From the human T2T-CHM13v2.0 reference genome, Homo sapiens, in assembly GCF_009914755.1 (NCBI RefSeq), contig NC_060927.1: a stretch of 64,000 nt of DNA; one strand, given 5' to 3'. A program made the position numbers and the translations under genes. Under the pieces are notes generated by a model. The model searched no databases and had not been told where the DNA came from. It saw only the letters and a program-made list of their open reading frames with translations. Positions within the stretch are counted from its first letter, which is position 1; each line of letters begins with the position of its first letter. Positions 12,234 to 24,260 of this stretch are shown one piece after another.

Positions 12234-13734
12234 TCGCCAATCTCCTTAATCTGGGGTTCCCCTGAGTACCTTCCATGGGCCATAGAACACTGGGCTGGGT
12301 GGGCTTACCCCACATACTCTCAAGGCACATCAAACCCAAGAGCCTTCAGGTTCTGCTCATGCTGACTCCTGCTTTCAGAAATCTTTAGGCCAGAAGAGGT
12401 GCTGGTCTCTGTGTTTTGTGTGAGCCCACACTCTGAGGGCCATGTCCAATAACTCCCTTCCCTTGCTCTGCTTTGAGAGGGCTTTGGCTCCACTGCAGGT
12501 TCTACACTGTGGGATGAGCTCGCAGCCTCTGTCCTTGCAGGTGGCACCAGCCTTTCCAGGTGATTCCAGTAGACTCCCCTTCCCCTTGGCTTAGGGAAGA
12601 GGAAGAACTTTCATGGGAAGGGATAACAGTATAACAGTTTACACCTCAAACACTGCACTCTCCCCAGGGATAACCCCTTTCCTTCCCCACCCCGTCATAC
12701 ACAGATGTGAGGCAAAGGGGATGGGGTGGGGGCGGGGGAAATGAGGCTGCTTCTGATGCCAGTTAAGCCAGCTGAGGGGTGAGCATCCTAACTGCTGGGG
12801 AGACTTGCTGCTCTTTTTAGTATGAAACCATTTAGCAACTTCTGTTTTCAGCCATGGTTCCTAACCCCAATCTGGTAAACAGGAAAAGATCCACAAGATC
12901 ATCATGTGACATTTATGTGGGAGTGCTTCTAGTTTCTTTTCTCCACATCTACAGCTGCCTTGTCATTCTGCTTTTAAAGACACATTTTAAGGACCAACAC
13001 AACATAAAGGGGCAACGAAAATGTGTAAAACCTGCTCTGTTTTTTTGGGCCTGGGTGTCACAGGTAGGAAGCAAGTAGATGAAAAACAATTACAGTGCTA
13101 TTTTGTGTTTAAAATTCTTTATGCCTTAAAAAAAAGAAGTGGATCCTTATCTATTATTTATCTTTTAATAACTGTACCAACCTGCCCTTTCTCAGATAAG
13201 TTGCTTAATTATGAATAAGGAATTGATTTTTATGGGGCCAAGAATTGTGTGTACACATCGGAATTCGTTCTGGCATCTCCCTGCCCATTATTCTGGCTTA
13301 TGTTCTGCCAAAGGCCAATGAAGCTCTGTCAAGAGAACCTGCTGTAAAACATAATGACTTCAGAAATTGGGGGCATTCCAGGCACCCTGGGAGGTTAGAA
13401 GAGCTGCTTCTTAATAATAAGAGGTCCTGGCCAAAGTTCACTGAGCTTGAGTAAGAACCATAGGGTTTTACCTTCCCAAGAGCCAAAGACCCTGCAGAGT
13501 CAAGAGCTGTGTTTGAGGGGAAACATCAATTAACTCTTTCTGCTTCTGAGGGACCATTTAATGACTGCTCCTTAAGAATCCAAATGTATACCAGAGAGTG
13601 ATTTTCCAAATCCTTGATGAATATCATCTTGTCATTTTGATGTCAGGCACAAGAGAAAAATACAAGAGGAATTCCGTGGGAAGGATAAGCTAGTGTATCA
13701 TGGCTTCCTCGGGAATAACGCAATCTCAGGCTGA

Positions 13735-14300
13735 ATTAATTGATTCATTCCATCCACAAATATTTATTGAACATCTACTAAGTACAGACATTGTTCTTAG
13801 CACTGAAGGTACTGCAGGGAACAAAACACAGCTCCTGACCTCATGTTCCTTACATCTCAGTGGAGAAGAAAACATAATAAATAGCTAAGCAAATAAATGT
13901 GTAATTCAATGACAAGGATTGAAAAGAAAAATAAAACAGCAAGAGAGGATGGGACAGAGAGGATTGGGATGGTCAGGGAAGGCTTCTCTGACAAAGATTA
14001 TTAAGTGGAGTCCTGAATGAAATAAAGGGAGAGCTTTCTAGGCACCGAAGCAAAGCTTGTTCAGTGGGTCTGAGAAGCCACAAGGAGGCCAGCATGGCTG
14101 GAGGGAAATGGTGGGGAGGACAGTGGTGGGAGTCAGGCTGGAGTCAGGCTGGAGCCGGGCCAGGGCCATGTCTTATAGAGCCTTTCGGGACATTGTTAGG
14201 ATTTTCTTCTAGGGTGAAAGAGCAGGCACTGGAGGGTTGGGGTAGAGGACAGGGGTGTGATGGAATATTCCAGGTGAAGTCTATGTTAGTTACAGTGGAG
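13735..14300 (-). mobile_element. L2a 3' fragment
   Basis: Contains 'cattccatccacaaatatttattgaacatctac' and 'gtcagggaaggcttctctga'. Confidence 0.75.
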
Positions 14301-14654
14301 GAAGGTGGGTGGGAGACAACATGATCCCATGACACTCTTCAAAGGCTGCAGCAGCCAAGCCTGTCCTCATCAGCCTGGATGCCACCACCTAAACGAGACC
14401 TGACAAATAACAGCAGACCACAGGAAATAAAGTAGAGTAGTGAAGAAAAAGATTGAGAGAAGTATGGGAGTTCAAAGTATAGATTAATTTAGCAGAAACA
14501 GCTGCAGTGAGCATTTGAAAGGTGGTTGTGCAGAGGAAGGACTGGACTCATTCTTTGTATTTCCAGAAGACAAGATATAGTCCAAAAGTAACGTATCATA
14601 GGAAGACAGATTCCCAGCTTTATATTATATTTCAAAATTTTCTAATTCTTAGAT

Positions 14655-14820
14655 CTGATGGAAAATGGGATGGGTACTATAAAAGGGTAGTGAATTCTCT
14701 GTAGTTGGAGATGCTTTAAACATAGAATAAAAGAGTTACTTGCCAGGGTGCTGTGGAGGAAATTCATGCCCTAGAGAGTTATAATGTGGCCTCAAGGGTC
14801 CTCCCACCCTGAGGGTCATT
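14655..14820 (+). mobile_element. L3/CR1 3' end
   Basis: 'gggtagtgaattctctgtagttggag...aagggtcctcccaccctgag' resembles the CR1 3' terminus. Confidence 0.5.
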
Positions 14821-15719
14821 GACTTGCTATCTATTTTCCAATTTCCTCCAGGCCTGCCAGGAAAGGTAGTAAGGTACTTGGCTTTCCTGTGCTAACCCAA
14901 ATCCTGACATTGGAAATGTCTGAGCACGCAGCCAGTAAGGAGCAGTACTTCAATAGAGGATGCAGATGATTTAGGTTGGAGCCAGGTTGATGATGACATC
15001 AAGAACAGTTACAAATTTCAGCACAGAAGAAAGCCTTTGACAGATTCCTAAGTGGCTCTGGTCCATTAAGTTCCAACTTTTAAGGTGACAAAGAGGCCTC
15101 TGAGTTTAAAATTGGTTAAAAGGGAAGAAGAGTTAAAGGAGGTTTGTTATGAATTATATGTGCATTTTCTTTGAAAAGAGATCTTAAATTACTTTCCAAT
15201 TTAGCTTGAAACATGTTGTCAGAATTGAATTAGTCTGTGGGCTTTGAGAAATATTCTCTTATACCTAATATTGAGAGGAAAGTGAATTTGAGATAGTCCT
15301 AAAGATAAAAGCAACTTGCAAATTCACTTCTTATTTCTTTTTCTTTCTTTGTATTTCTCTTTAAAGCAGAAATAGGAATTTGAATCCCACTACTGTGGGC
15401 CTATTCATTTAAGAAAGAGAGAATAATTCTCATGGCCTAATGGGAATTTCTATCCTTTCTCCAACTTTTCAATTTCTTTAATCCTCATTAATGAAATCTT
15501 AGCTCCAAAGAATGCTGTCATATGCGAAATTTTAGTCATAATAGATATAAAAAGGTATGGAAAAGTAGGTTAATAGCCACCAAAGATGGAAATCCAGCTA
15601 AAGTTAAAATATAATCATAAACAGGTGCAAGCAAGACCAAATATTAATCCCCACGGTTGAAAATAGAGAAGGAGGTCAAATTCTCCAATGTTTACTGAGC
15701 CCTCAAAATACGATTCCCT

Positions 15720-15885
15720 GTATTCATTTCTATGAAGCATTCACTATGTGTCAAGCACTATGTTAAGCATTTTTATAAGCATTATCTTCTTTAACCCTCA
15801 AAGTAAACCCCAAAGAAGGTGCTACTATTATTTCCATTATAGATAAGGAAATTATGGCTTAGATAGATTAAGTAACTTTTAAAAT
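15720..15885 (-). mobile_element. MIR
   Basis: Contains 'cactatgtgtcaagcact' and 'cattatagataaggaaatt'. Confidence 0.75.
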
Positions 15886-15927
15886 TTCACCTCATTTAAT
15901 CCTTCCAATTATCTAACAAAAAAAGTA

Positions 15928-16269
15928 CAACCATGCACTGCATAATGACATTTCAATCCACAACAGACTGCATATACAACAGTGGTCCGGTAAGATTACA
16001 ATACGGTATTTTTTTAATGTCTCTTCTCTACGTTTAGATACAGAAATACTTACCATTGGGTTATAACTGCCTACAATATTAGTATAATAACATACTGTAC
16101 AGGTTTGTAGCCTAGAAGATATAGGTTATACCATATAACCTAGCTGTGTAGTAGGTTATACCATCTAGAAGACTTGTGTAAGTACACTCCATAATGTCTG
16201 CATGATGATAAAATAGCCTAACAAAGCATTTCTTAGAATATATCCCTGTTTTTAAGACATGCATGACTG
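15928..16269 (+). mobile_element. Tigger3a-like DNA transposon inserted in a MIR
   Basis: TIRs CAACCATGCA / TGCATGACTG with TA on both sides, and internal 'tgtacaggtttgtagcctag'. Confidence 0.85.
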
Positions 16270-16759
16270 TATTGTTCTCAGTTCAGAGATAAATAGACTC
16301 AGGGAGATTAAATCACTTGCCCAAGGTAACTTGCAGGTAAATGGAGCATCATTAGATTCAGATCTCACCAAGGGAAAGCCTGTGACTGGGGAGTGGAAAT
16401 GCCTGGCTCTACCACCGGAATGTGCTCACAGAGAAATAACTCGAACATACACCCCAACTTCATAGACTGAGGCAAAGTCCACTCTTGGAAGTTGAAAATT
16501 TCAGGATTTCTAGTATTAATTTGCAAGAAAAAAAATTACATTAGTTAAAATATCTATTTCAATATGAGGAGTTTTGCTGACAACCTAGGGCTACTTACAG
16601 GCCAAGATTTCTTAATGGAGACCTCTCCTCTATATTGAATGGGTTTTAATATGAAACTATATCCCATATCTCCTGGCATTCATACCAACACCAACTTAGG
16701 TTTGCCATCCTACGCAGTTTGTCCTGTTTTTCCAAGTGGTGACTACTGTCTCTTTAGAG

Positions 16760-16925
16760 TAACTACTTATCTGTCTCAGCATCTTCATCTGGAAAATGGT
16801 GATAACAATTGTGTTTCCTTCATAGAGTGGGGATTAAATATGTTAATATGTGTATAGTGCTTAAAATGTTACCTACAACATGGAAAGCACTCCAAAAATA
16901 TTAGCTGTTATTATTGCTATTTGCA
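16760..16925 (+). mobile_element. MIR
   Basis: Contains 'catctggaaaatggtgataac...ggattaaat...gtgcttaaaa'. Confidence 0.7.
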
Positions 16926-18544
16926 TTAGCTATATCTTTCACCATTTGCTCAAAAGAAACTAAATAAAAACTAAGCTCTACTTCTAATAATATAAAGGCA
17001 TTTGGGAATTCCAACTAGTGTATTAGAACATTATAAGAATCTTTTGGGGTAGAATGAACAATAGGCTTAGAGTTTGATCAAATATTGAATTCATCTTTTT
17101 CTTAATAAGTCCTATAGAGCAGAAGGCTACTGGGATAGTATCAAACAAGGGGATGCATGTAAATTGTTAACAATCACTAAGCATGGACGATCCATGGTTT
17201 TGCAAATCTAACAAAGCTGAACTTTTAGCAGCCTTTCAGGGAAGGGTACACCGAGGTAGATATACCACAGAAATCCTGTGGCTACACCTGAAGGAAAATG
17301 TGTTTGTGAACAGAGGGTGTTTAATAAAGTTGTGTAGACTTGCTGATTAGCAACAGTCAAGGAAAAAAAACCATGAAAACAACGGAGTTTGCTTTCATGG
17401 CAAGATCACCAATTCACAGCTCACCACATGCTACATAGAGATAAAGAAGAATCAGCATAGGGCACTTGCTTAGATTGGAGCCTGCAGCGTTTCATAAATG
17501 CTGTGTGCTGAGGACTGTGATGAGTGGCTGAATAAAATGCTAGTTTCCTCTCTGGGTCAAAGGAGTCTTCATAGACAATGGGCTGCCTTCTTAATCTGGG
17601 TGCCTTTCATTCTCACATTAGATAAACCCCACTCCCATTATAAACAGCTGCCTGAGACGGCCTGAGGGAGTTTCACCTAGTGACAAGCCAACTCCTGGAA
17701 AATATTTGCACTGATAGACTCATTCCCCCAGACCCTTCCCTGATCTCCCATTTATTAGCAATTAAGTGAGCATCTGGGCCCCCATCACAGCTCAATTTAA
17801 TTAAGAATCTGTATCCATCTTCTTAGAGTTGCAGATAATTTCACTTCGGTTCAAGTTATCTTTGGAAGGAAAGCACATAGTTATCTTCTTAAACTAATGT
17901 ATTTCACAAAGGTAGTTGCCTCATTCCCACAGATTTCAGTGTCATGTGTGAAGCATGGGAACTGCAGGCCAGCAAATCTTATCAAAGGAAGTTTTGCTTC
18001 TATGTAATATTCTTAACTTATATGTTTCTAGGCGTTGCCATGAAGTGTATATTCTATAGAGGAGTCCTCTCTGGTATTAGCTCTTCAGGACATGGCTTTA
18101 TCTGGAATAAGAATATGGACTTTAACATATATTTGAATCTCAAGCCAATACAGCTTGTAAGAACTGATGTATTACTAACTCAAGCAATTAATAGACCTGT
18201 CTTGTCCATGCAATAAAGGTAGTTACTAACACAGAGTCAGAGGCTAGATATAAGGATGAACAGTTCATCTGTCAAGGCCATAGCCATGCCATGGAGGAGC
18301 ACAATATATTGCTTGGTGCCAGGAACTAGGGCCCTGCATGCTGGAGCAGCCTTGAAGTACCAAGAGGATGGTTTTTACATATCGAGTTGGACAATAGGTC
18401 AGAGGCTTGGGGAACATGTAGACTGGAAGACTACATAGGCATTGGGAAGGAGGGAGGTCAGTGGACACTTCAAGTTAGAAGCAGGTAAACAAGCTATCAG
18501 TAGCATGTGAACAACAAGCAAGGGACTCAGGAAATCAATATTCT

Positions 18545-18676
18545 GGAAGCCTGGGGATGAGTGTAAACTGAACATTTGTAAATGCATACATGCAATTTTC
18601 TGGAAGAAGATTCCTTAAAACTTTCATCACCTTCTCTATGTGGTCCATGACCCCCCAAAAGGTTAAAAACCACTGA
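18545..18676 (-). mobile_element. MER103C-like (hAT-Charlie)
   Basis: Terminus 'ggtccatgaccccccaaaaggttaaaaaccactg'. Confidence 0.65.
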
Positions 18677-18814
18677 AGTAGTGATCTGCAAATACTGACA
18701 GTAGAACAAGGAGGGAGTGTTCAAAAGCTGAGGCAAATGGTAACTGGCAGAAAGTGAGACAAGAGGAAGAATTGAATAATCAGTGCAAGGCACATGAAAC
18801 AAGAGGACCTTGGT

Positions 18815-18979
18815 GGCTGGGCGCAGTGGCTCACGCCTGTAATCCCAGCACTTTGCAGGGTGGAAGTGGGAGGATCACTTAAGCCCAGATGTTCAAGGCT
18901 GCAGTGAGCCAAGACTGGTCACTGCACTCTAGCCTGGGTGACAGAGCAAGACCCTGTCTCAACAACAACAACAAAAAAA
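18815..18979 (+). mobile_element. Alu monomer (FRAM-like)
   Basis: Single arm GGCTGGGCGCAGTGG...GACCCTGTCTC with a (CAA)n tail. Confidence 0.85.
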
Positions 18980-19575
18980 GTGCCTTGATAATGGAAGAAA
19001 ACCTGTGCCCTGGACCATGACTTTTGCACTCTTCCAGCATGGCTGGGATCAAACGTGGCTGCTCCAGGCTAGCAGACAACATATGTGAGAACACAATTAA
19101 ATTAATGATAGATCAGAAAGACTGGCTGTTCCTGATGCCTAAGTATATGTAGATAGAAAAGTGAGGTTTTGAGAGTTGTGTTTACATGGGAGTGACTGAC
19201 AGAGTTGGGAAGTGTAGTGGGTAACACCATGAAGCATACATTAATTTATGGCCTGGATCTGCTCTACTTTCTATTCATGATGTAAATGATGTTAACTGTA
19301 TTGATTCAATACATCAAAGGTCATCTGGCCCGGACTCACCATCCCTGCCACCATCACCAGGGCTCAGCTCTCTCCAGGTCAACCAGAATGTGTGAAACAC
19401 TGCAGCTCCCAGGCCTTGGTTAAGTTTACCCATGGCTAGATCTTCAAAAGATCCACTGTCTGCATATACATGTCATTAAAGCAAACAGGAGAAACAGGCC
19501 TATGCTCCCTGGAACATGGGGGAGAAGTGTTCCTTGAGGGAAAATTTATGAAATAAGTAACACCTTGGTAATAGT

Positions 19576-19689
19576 AATTAAAAAAAAACTTGGAATGCAT
19601 ATTCCTTTGTCTAAGATGGGTTAAAAGGAGAGAATTAAAAAAAAATTTGGAATGCATATGCCTTTGTCTAAGATGGGTTAAAACTAGAG
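19576..19689. repeat. 57-bp tandem duplication (2 copies, 4 mismatches)
   Basis: AATTAAAAAAAAA(C/T)TTGGAATGCATAT(T/G)CCTTTGTCTAAGATGGGTTAAAA(GG/CT)AGAG occurs twice. Confidence 0.95.
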
Positions 19690-20909
19690 AACTGTGCATA
19701 CGGTTCATAAAGAAGAAAGGACGTAGGTAAGGTACGGGCCAGAAGGAGGAGTTGGTACAAGGTGTCCAAAGGTAGGGCTCCTCCTGGGAGCACAGGTGGC
19801 AGAGAGTGAGGACTGCTTTTTGATGCTTTCCCTCTACTCCTTTTATAGCAAATCTCTCATTTTCTCTCTCTGTAGTTTTTATTGATCAGGTTTTCTTTTG
19901 TATTACCATTCTCACCATCTGATGGATAAGCTACCAGCTAGTGGGTACTGTTGTACTATACTCCCCAGGTGGAACCAAGGGTATATACAAAAGGTAGAAT
20001 TTAATAATTATATCCCAGTGTCTCCTCTGGATTAAGTGTATTCATTAAACTTTTATTCAAACCTATTATCACCTTCTTGGAAAATCCAATTAAAAAATAC
20101 TTTAGGGCCATTGTTAGGAAACATGCAAATAGAAACAGAGGTGATCCAGTGATAGGAGAGGAGAGTGTCATTTACATAAATAAAATAAAGGACTGTGGCA
20201 CCTTTCAGATCTACTGTGCATGTGTGAAAGGAAAAGAGAAAGAGGGAGAGGGGCTGTAAAATTTATAGTGAGAAATAGCAAAATCCTTGTTTTTATTCAT
20301 GAAAAGCCTACCTTATCACTTAATGCTAATGAATGTCATTAAAAGGATGTTGATGCATAATTAGAGATTATAGCACCTTGACTTCATGTGAAATGTGATG
20401 GTGAAGACCCAGGCAACCTCAACCATGGGAAAAGTATGATAAACCCCACAAACCTAATGCCAGAATGTGGGGACTATAATAAAATGGAGTCTCAGAGAAC
20501 CAGAAAAGTACCCCTGCCATCCTCTGCCTTGGATTTGCCTGACAATCCTTGGCTATGCCACCAGCCAGTCTGTGTTGGTGGCAATGGAGGGGAAGGAGGG
20601 TATTGGTTCTGTTAAATTATTTACATTAAAATGTTCAGCCCTTAAAATTCTGGATTTTAAAAAAAGAGCTTAATTGGTAAGTTCCCAAAATGAGGAGAGA
20701 GAAAAAAAAAATTTCTGGCTTTGCAAACCATAATACAGTACGCTAGCAAGATATAAAAAGGTAATTTGTTAGTAAACTGAGTGATCACCATGTGCAATCC
20801 CAGCTTAATTTTAGAGTCTTAAATACTGAATTTGGAAAGCATATATATCTATTTCAGCAAAATGTTCGATGTTGAAATTCTCTTGGACTTTGTGCTTTCT
20901 ACATTGCAA

Positions 20910-21140
20910 TGTTAATAGCTGCCGTTTATTGAGGGCCTCTTGCAAGCCAGAACTGTGATATGTATCTTATTTACATTATTTGTAATCCTCACAATAACCT
21001 CATAGCAGAGATAATATTATTTACATATCACTAGAGGAAATTGAGGAGTGTTAACCAGGTGGCCAAAGTCACGTGGTGAGCAAGTGGTAGGACTGACATT
21101 AGAATCCTGGTTGATCTGGTTCCAAGCTCTTCTGCATTTT
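20910..21140 (-). mobile_element. MIR
   Basis: Contains 'gtttattgagg', 'taatcctcacaataaccc' and 'gaggaaattgagg'. Confidence 0.75.
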
Positions 21141-22856
21141 GATGCTCCCACCCAGAGAACTGTATGTTGGGAAGTTTGTGCATCAACGAAAGGTTTGTTG
21201 TATGTGGTGGTCCCAAACGGTAAGTTCCTATCTTGGGTCCTATGTAGTCCCCACTGGTAAGGTCTCTAAAGTATCTAGTTTAACTTGTATCTGCACATTT
21301 TCTTGGCTCTTTATTTAATATTAAACCAGAAAAAAAAAATGTGGCCCCAAGGGCTATTCTGAGAAAGAAGAGCCTTTGAAACAGAAATGGAAAAGGATTC
21401 GCTTCCCTCCAGACTTTCCCCTATGCACAACAAAATGTTTATGTTTGAAAGGTGGAATGTTTGGCTTGTTATCTGGGAGGAAGTAGTATATCTGTCCTTG
21501 GCTGCTACTAAATTGTACAGATAATTAAAACATTATTTTTCTATCAGAACAGAATGTATTGCCAAATGGAGATTCCTTTGGGGACAAAATGATGAAAACC
21601 TATACCACCAAAGCAGACTGGAGTACATCTAGACAGGATGTCACTAAGAAATGGAACCTGGAAGACTTCTTTTTGAATGCATGATTTCTGCTTCAAAAGA
21701 CACAAGGATATGGGGCAGTGGTTTCTTGTGACTTAAGCTCATCAGCAGAGGCTCTGAGTGGAGCTAGTGGATTTGGCCCTCTTTGCTGAGCTGTTGGGGA
21801 GATCCTCCCACAAAATCATATTTCTTTTGGCTTCAGAGTTCAGCAAAATTGAGTATCTTTTTAAATGAAAAATTAATTATACTAAGATGTATTTCACTTC
21901 AGATGGTGATGATCCATTTTCTACCAACAATCCTTATCAAGCATCTGCTGAGGCTACCTTATCCAGGGAAATGCTTTGACTTCTTATGAAGAGAATGGTA
22001 TCTCCCTTCTTTATTGCTGCATTACTTTCAACATTCTCTTTCCTGAATCAGGATTTAAACCAATACATCCTTCAATCTTGCTTAATTTAGTGAAAACAAG
22101 ATTGTTAGAGTTGTATTCCTCTTGAGTCTCTCAATTAAGATCAGATACAATGCTATGAAAAAACTGATTAGGGTGATGTAGGTGAAGTATAGAAATGAGG
22201 AAGTGAGAGCAAGAGAGAGCACTGGACAGAAACTACAAGACTGGCAGAAGCTTGTACTGACTGAAAAATTAGCCATGATTGGCAGGACAAACGATATATG
22301 GGAATAAACGTGGGCAATAAAACAGCAATGAAGATTTCTCTGGGAAGACTCCTTCAAGTGGTGTTTAATCCCCGATCTGGCACTGTTGGGTGTACAGTTG
22401 CTTGGTTAGTTTAAATGAGGAACAGGCTTGGCAGCAGAAAGGAGGGAGATGGGACCTACTCCTTGTTGTACAATAGATTCTAATATGCTGCTTTGTCTTA
22501 GTAAAAAAAATTAAAATAATCCCTAGTGGCTGGGCTTTGAGGGGGGAATGTTTTTATGTTTCAGTCATTTTTCTGGACCAGGATGAGATGGAGGGTTTTT
22601 GCAATATGTTTCCTATAGCCTAGGGCAAAAACTTTCTCCGTGGGCTTCTCTATGTCGTCTGAGTGATGAGAGGGAAACAAACCAGGGTACGACATAGTTT
22701 AGTAAAGCCTGGATCACATGAAAATTTGGTGGTAAATACATACTCTAAAGCTTTAGGGCCCATAGCTAAAGAAAAAAATTTTGGAATAACTTTTTAAAAG
22801 AGATTTGAAATTTGTGAGAGATAAAGCAGATAATATAAATCCTAATCTCTTCTCAA

Positions 22857-22921
22857 CGTGTGTGTGTGTATGTGTGCGTGCACAAACACACACACACTCA
22901 TACACAGAGAGATACACACAC
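22857..22921. repeat. (TG)n followed by (CA)n
   Basis: Seen directly. Confidence 0.9.
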
Positions 22922-23231
22922 CTGGGTCATTTCATCAGGTATCAGAGTTCTTTGGAAGTGAGTGAAGGATTTTGGTTTTGATGGATGTTCTTGCTATACT
23001 CAAGGCTTTTTTATCTGTAGCCTTTTTGAAGTTTTATTATTTCCATAAGTTAATATTGATATCATTTTTCGGTTTCCTCATAGATAGATCCTGTCGAATT
23101 GTCTGGCTGTTTTTATCAAGGATATGGTCTATGGGATCATTAAAATGATGTGACATCATGCTTACAGAATATTTTAAAAACTCATTAAAAACTCAAAATG
23201 CAGGGTTTCTCCCTACAATGTATGAAGTCTT

Positions 23232-23547
<316 letters not shown>

Positions 23548-23652
23548 TAAACATATGTCACGGTAAATCTTTTTTTTTCTTCTATGTTCCTCTTCACTTA
23601 CCTTCTTCATGTTCAGTAAAAAGAAAGTGCCAGAACATATAGCATGAGCCAT

Positions 23653-24260
23653 TGTAAGATACATGGATGTGCTTTGGTTAAGGAAAAGGCCGAGGCGGAT
23701 ATCCAGGCGAGTATGAGTCAGCAAGTTTGGTGCGCAGGCACACACCTCCACTTATTATATAGCCTGTTCGTGTAAGTTCATGCTTGGCTTGGAGCCACTA
23801 TTGTCTGTAAAAGGTATAACTGTCCTGCTGACTCTGTGCACGGGGCTTAGCTCTTGGGGGGCTCGGCTCGGCTCAACACGGCTTGACATGGTGGGCACGC
23901 TGGCGTCCAGAGAAAGAGAGAGCCAAAGCTGTCCTTCTTGCAGACAGACAGGAGGGGGCCAAAACACAGCTCAGGCTTGTTTGTGCTCAAAGAGAGAAAG
24001 TTAAGCTGTTGACCCTGAAGGCAAGGGAGAACTGGCCTCGCAACCTTGCGTGGGGGTGGCCAATTCAAGCAGCTGAGACAGAGCGGACAGCGTAAGAAAA
24101 GCTGCTCAGGAGAGAGGTAGTTTAAGAAAGCTGTTGATGAGAGCTGCTGCTGAATAAAACCATATTCACCCGCCTGTGGCCCCCCGAGGGTTCTTTCTGC
24201 TCATCCACCCACTCCCCTCGGACTTCAGCATGGTGTGGACCTGGACCCCAGGATCTGACA
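23653..24260 (+). mobile_element. Solo LTR, LTR18B-like (ERVL)
   Basis: TG...CA ends, a perfect 5-bp TSD GCCAT (23648-23652, 24261-24265) and AATAAA near 24153. The start TGTAAGATACATGGATGTGCTTTGG resembles LTR18. Confidence 0.88.

Noticed and set aside
22857-22921. (TG)n/(CA)n fold-back
   Set aside because: This is a common microsatellite arrangement with no other sign of function.
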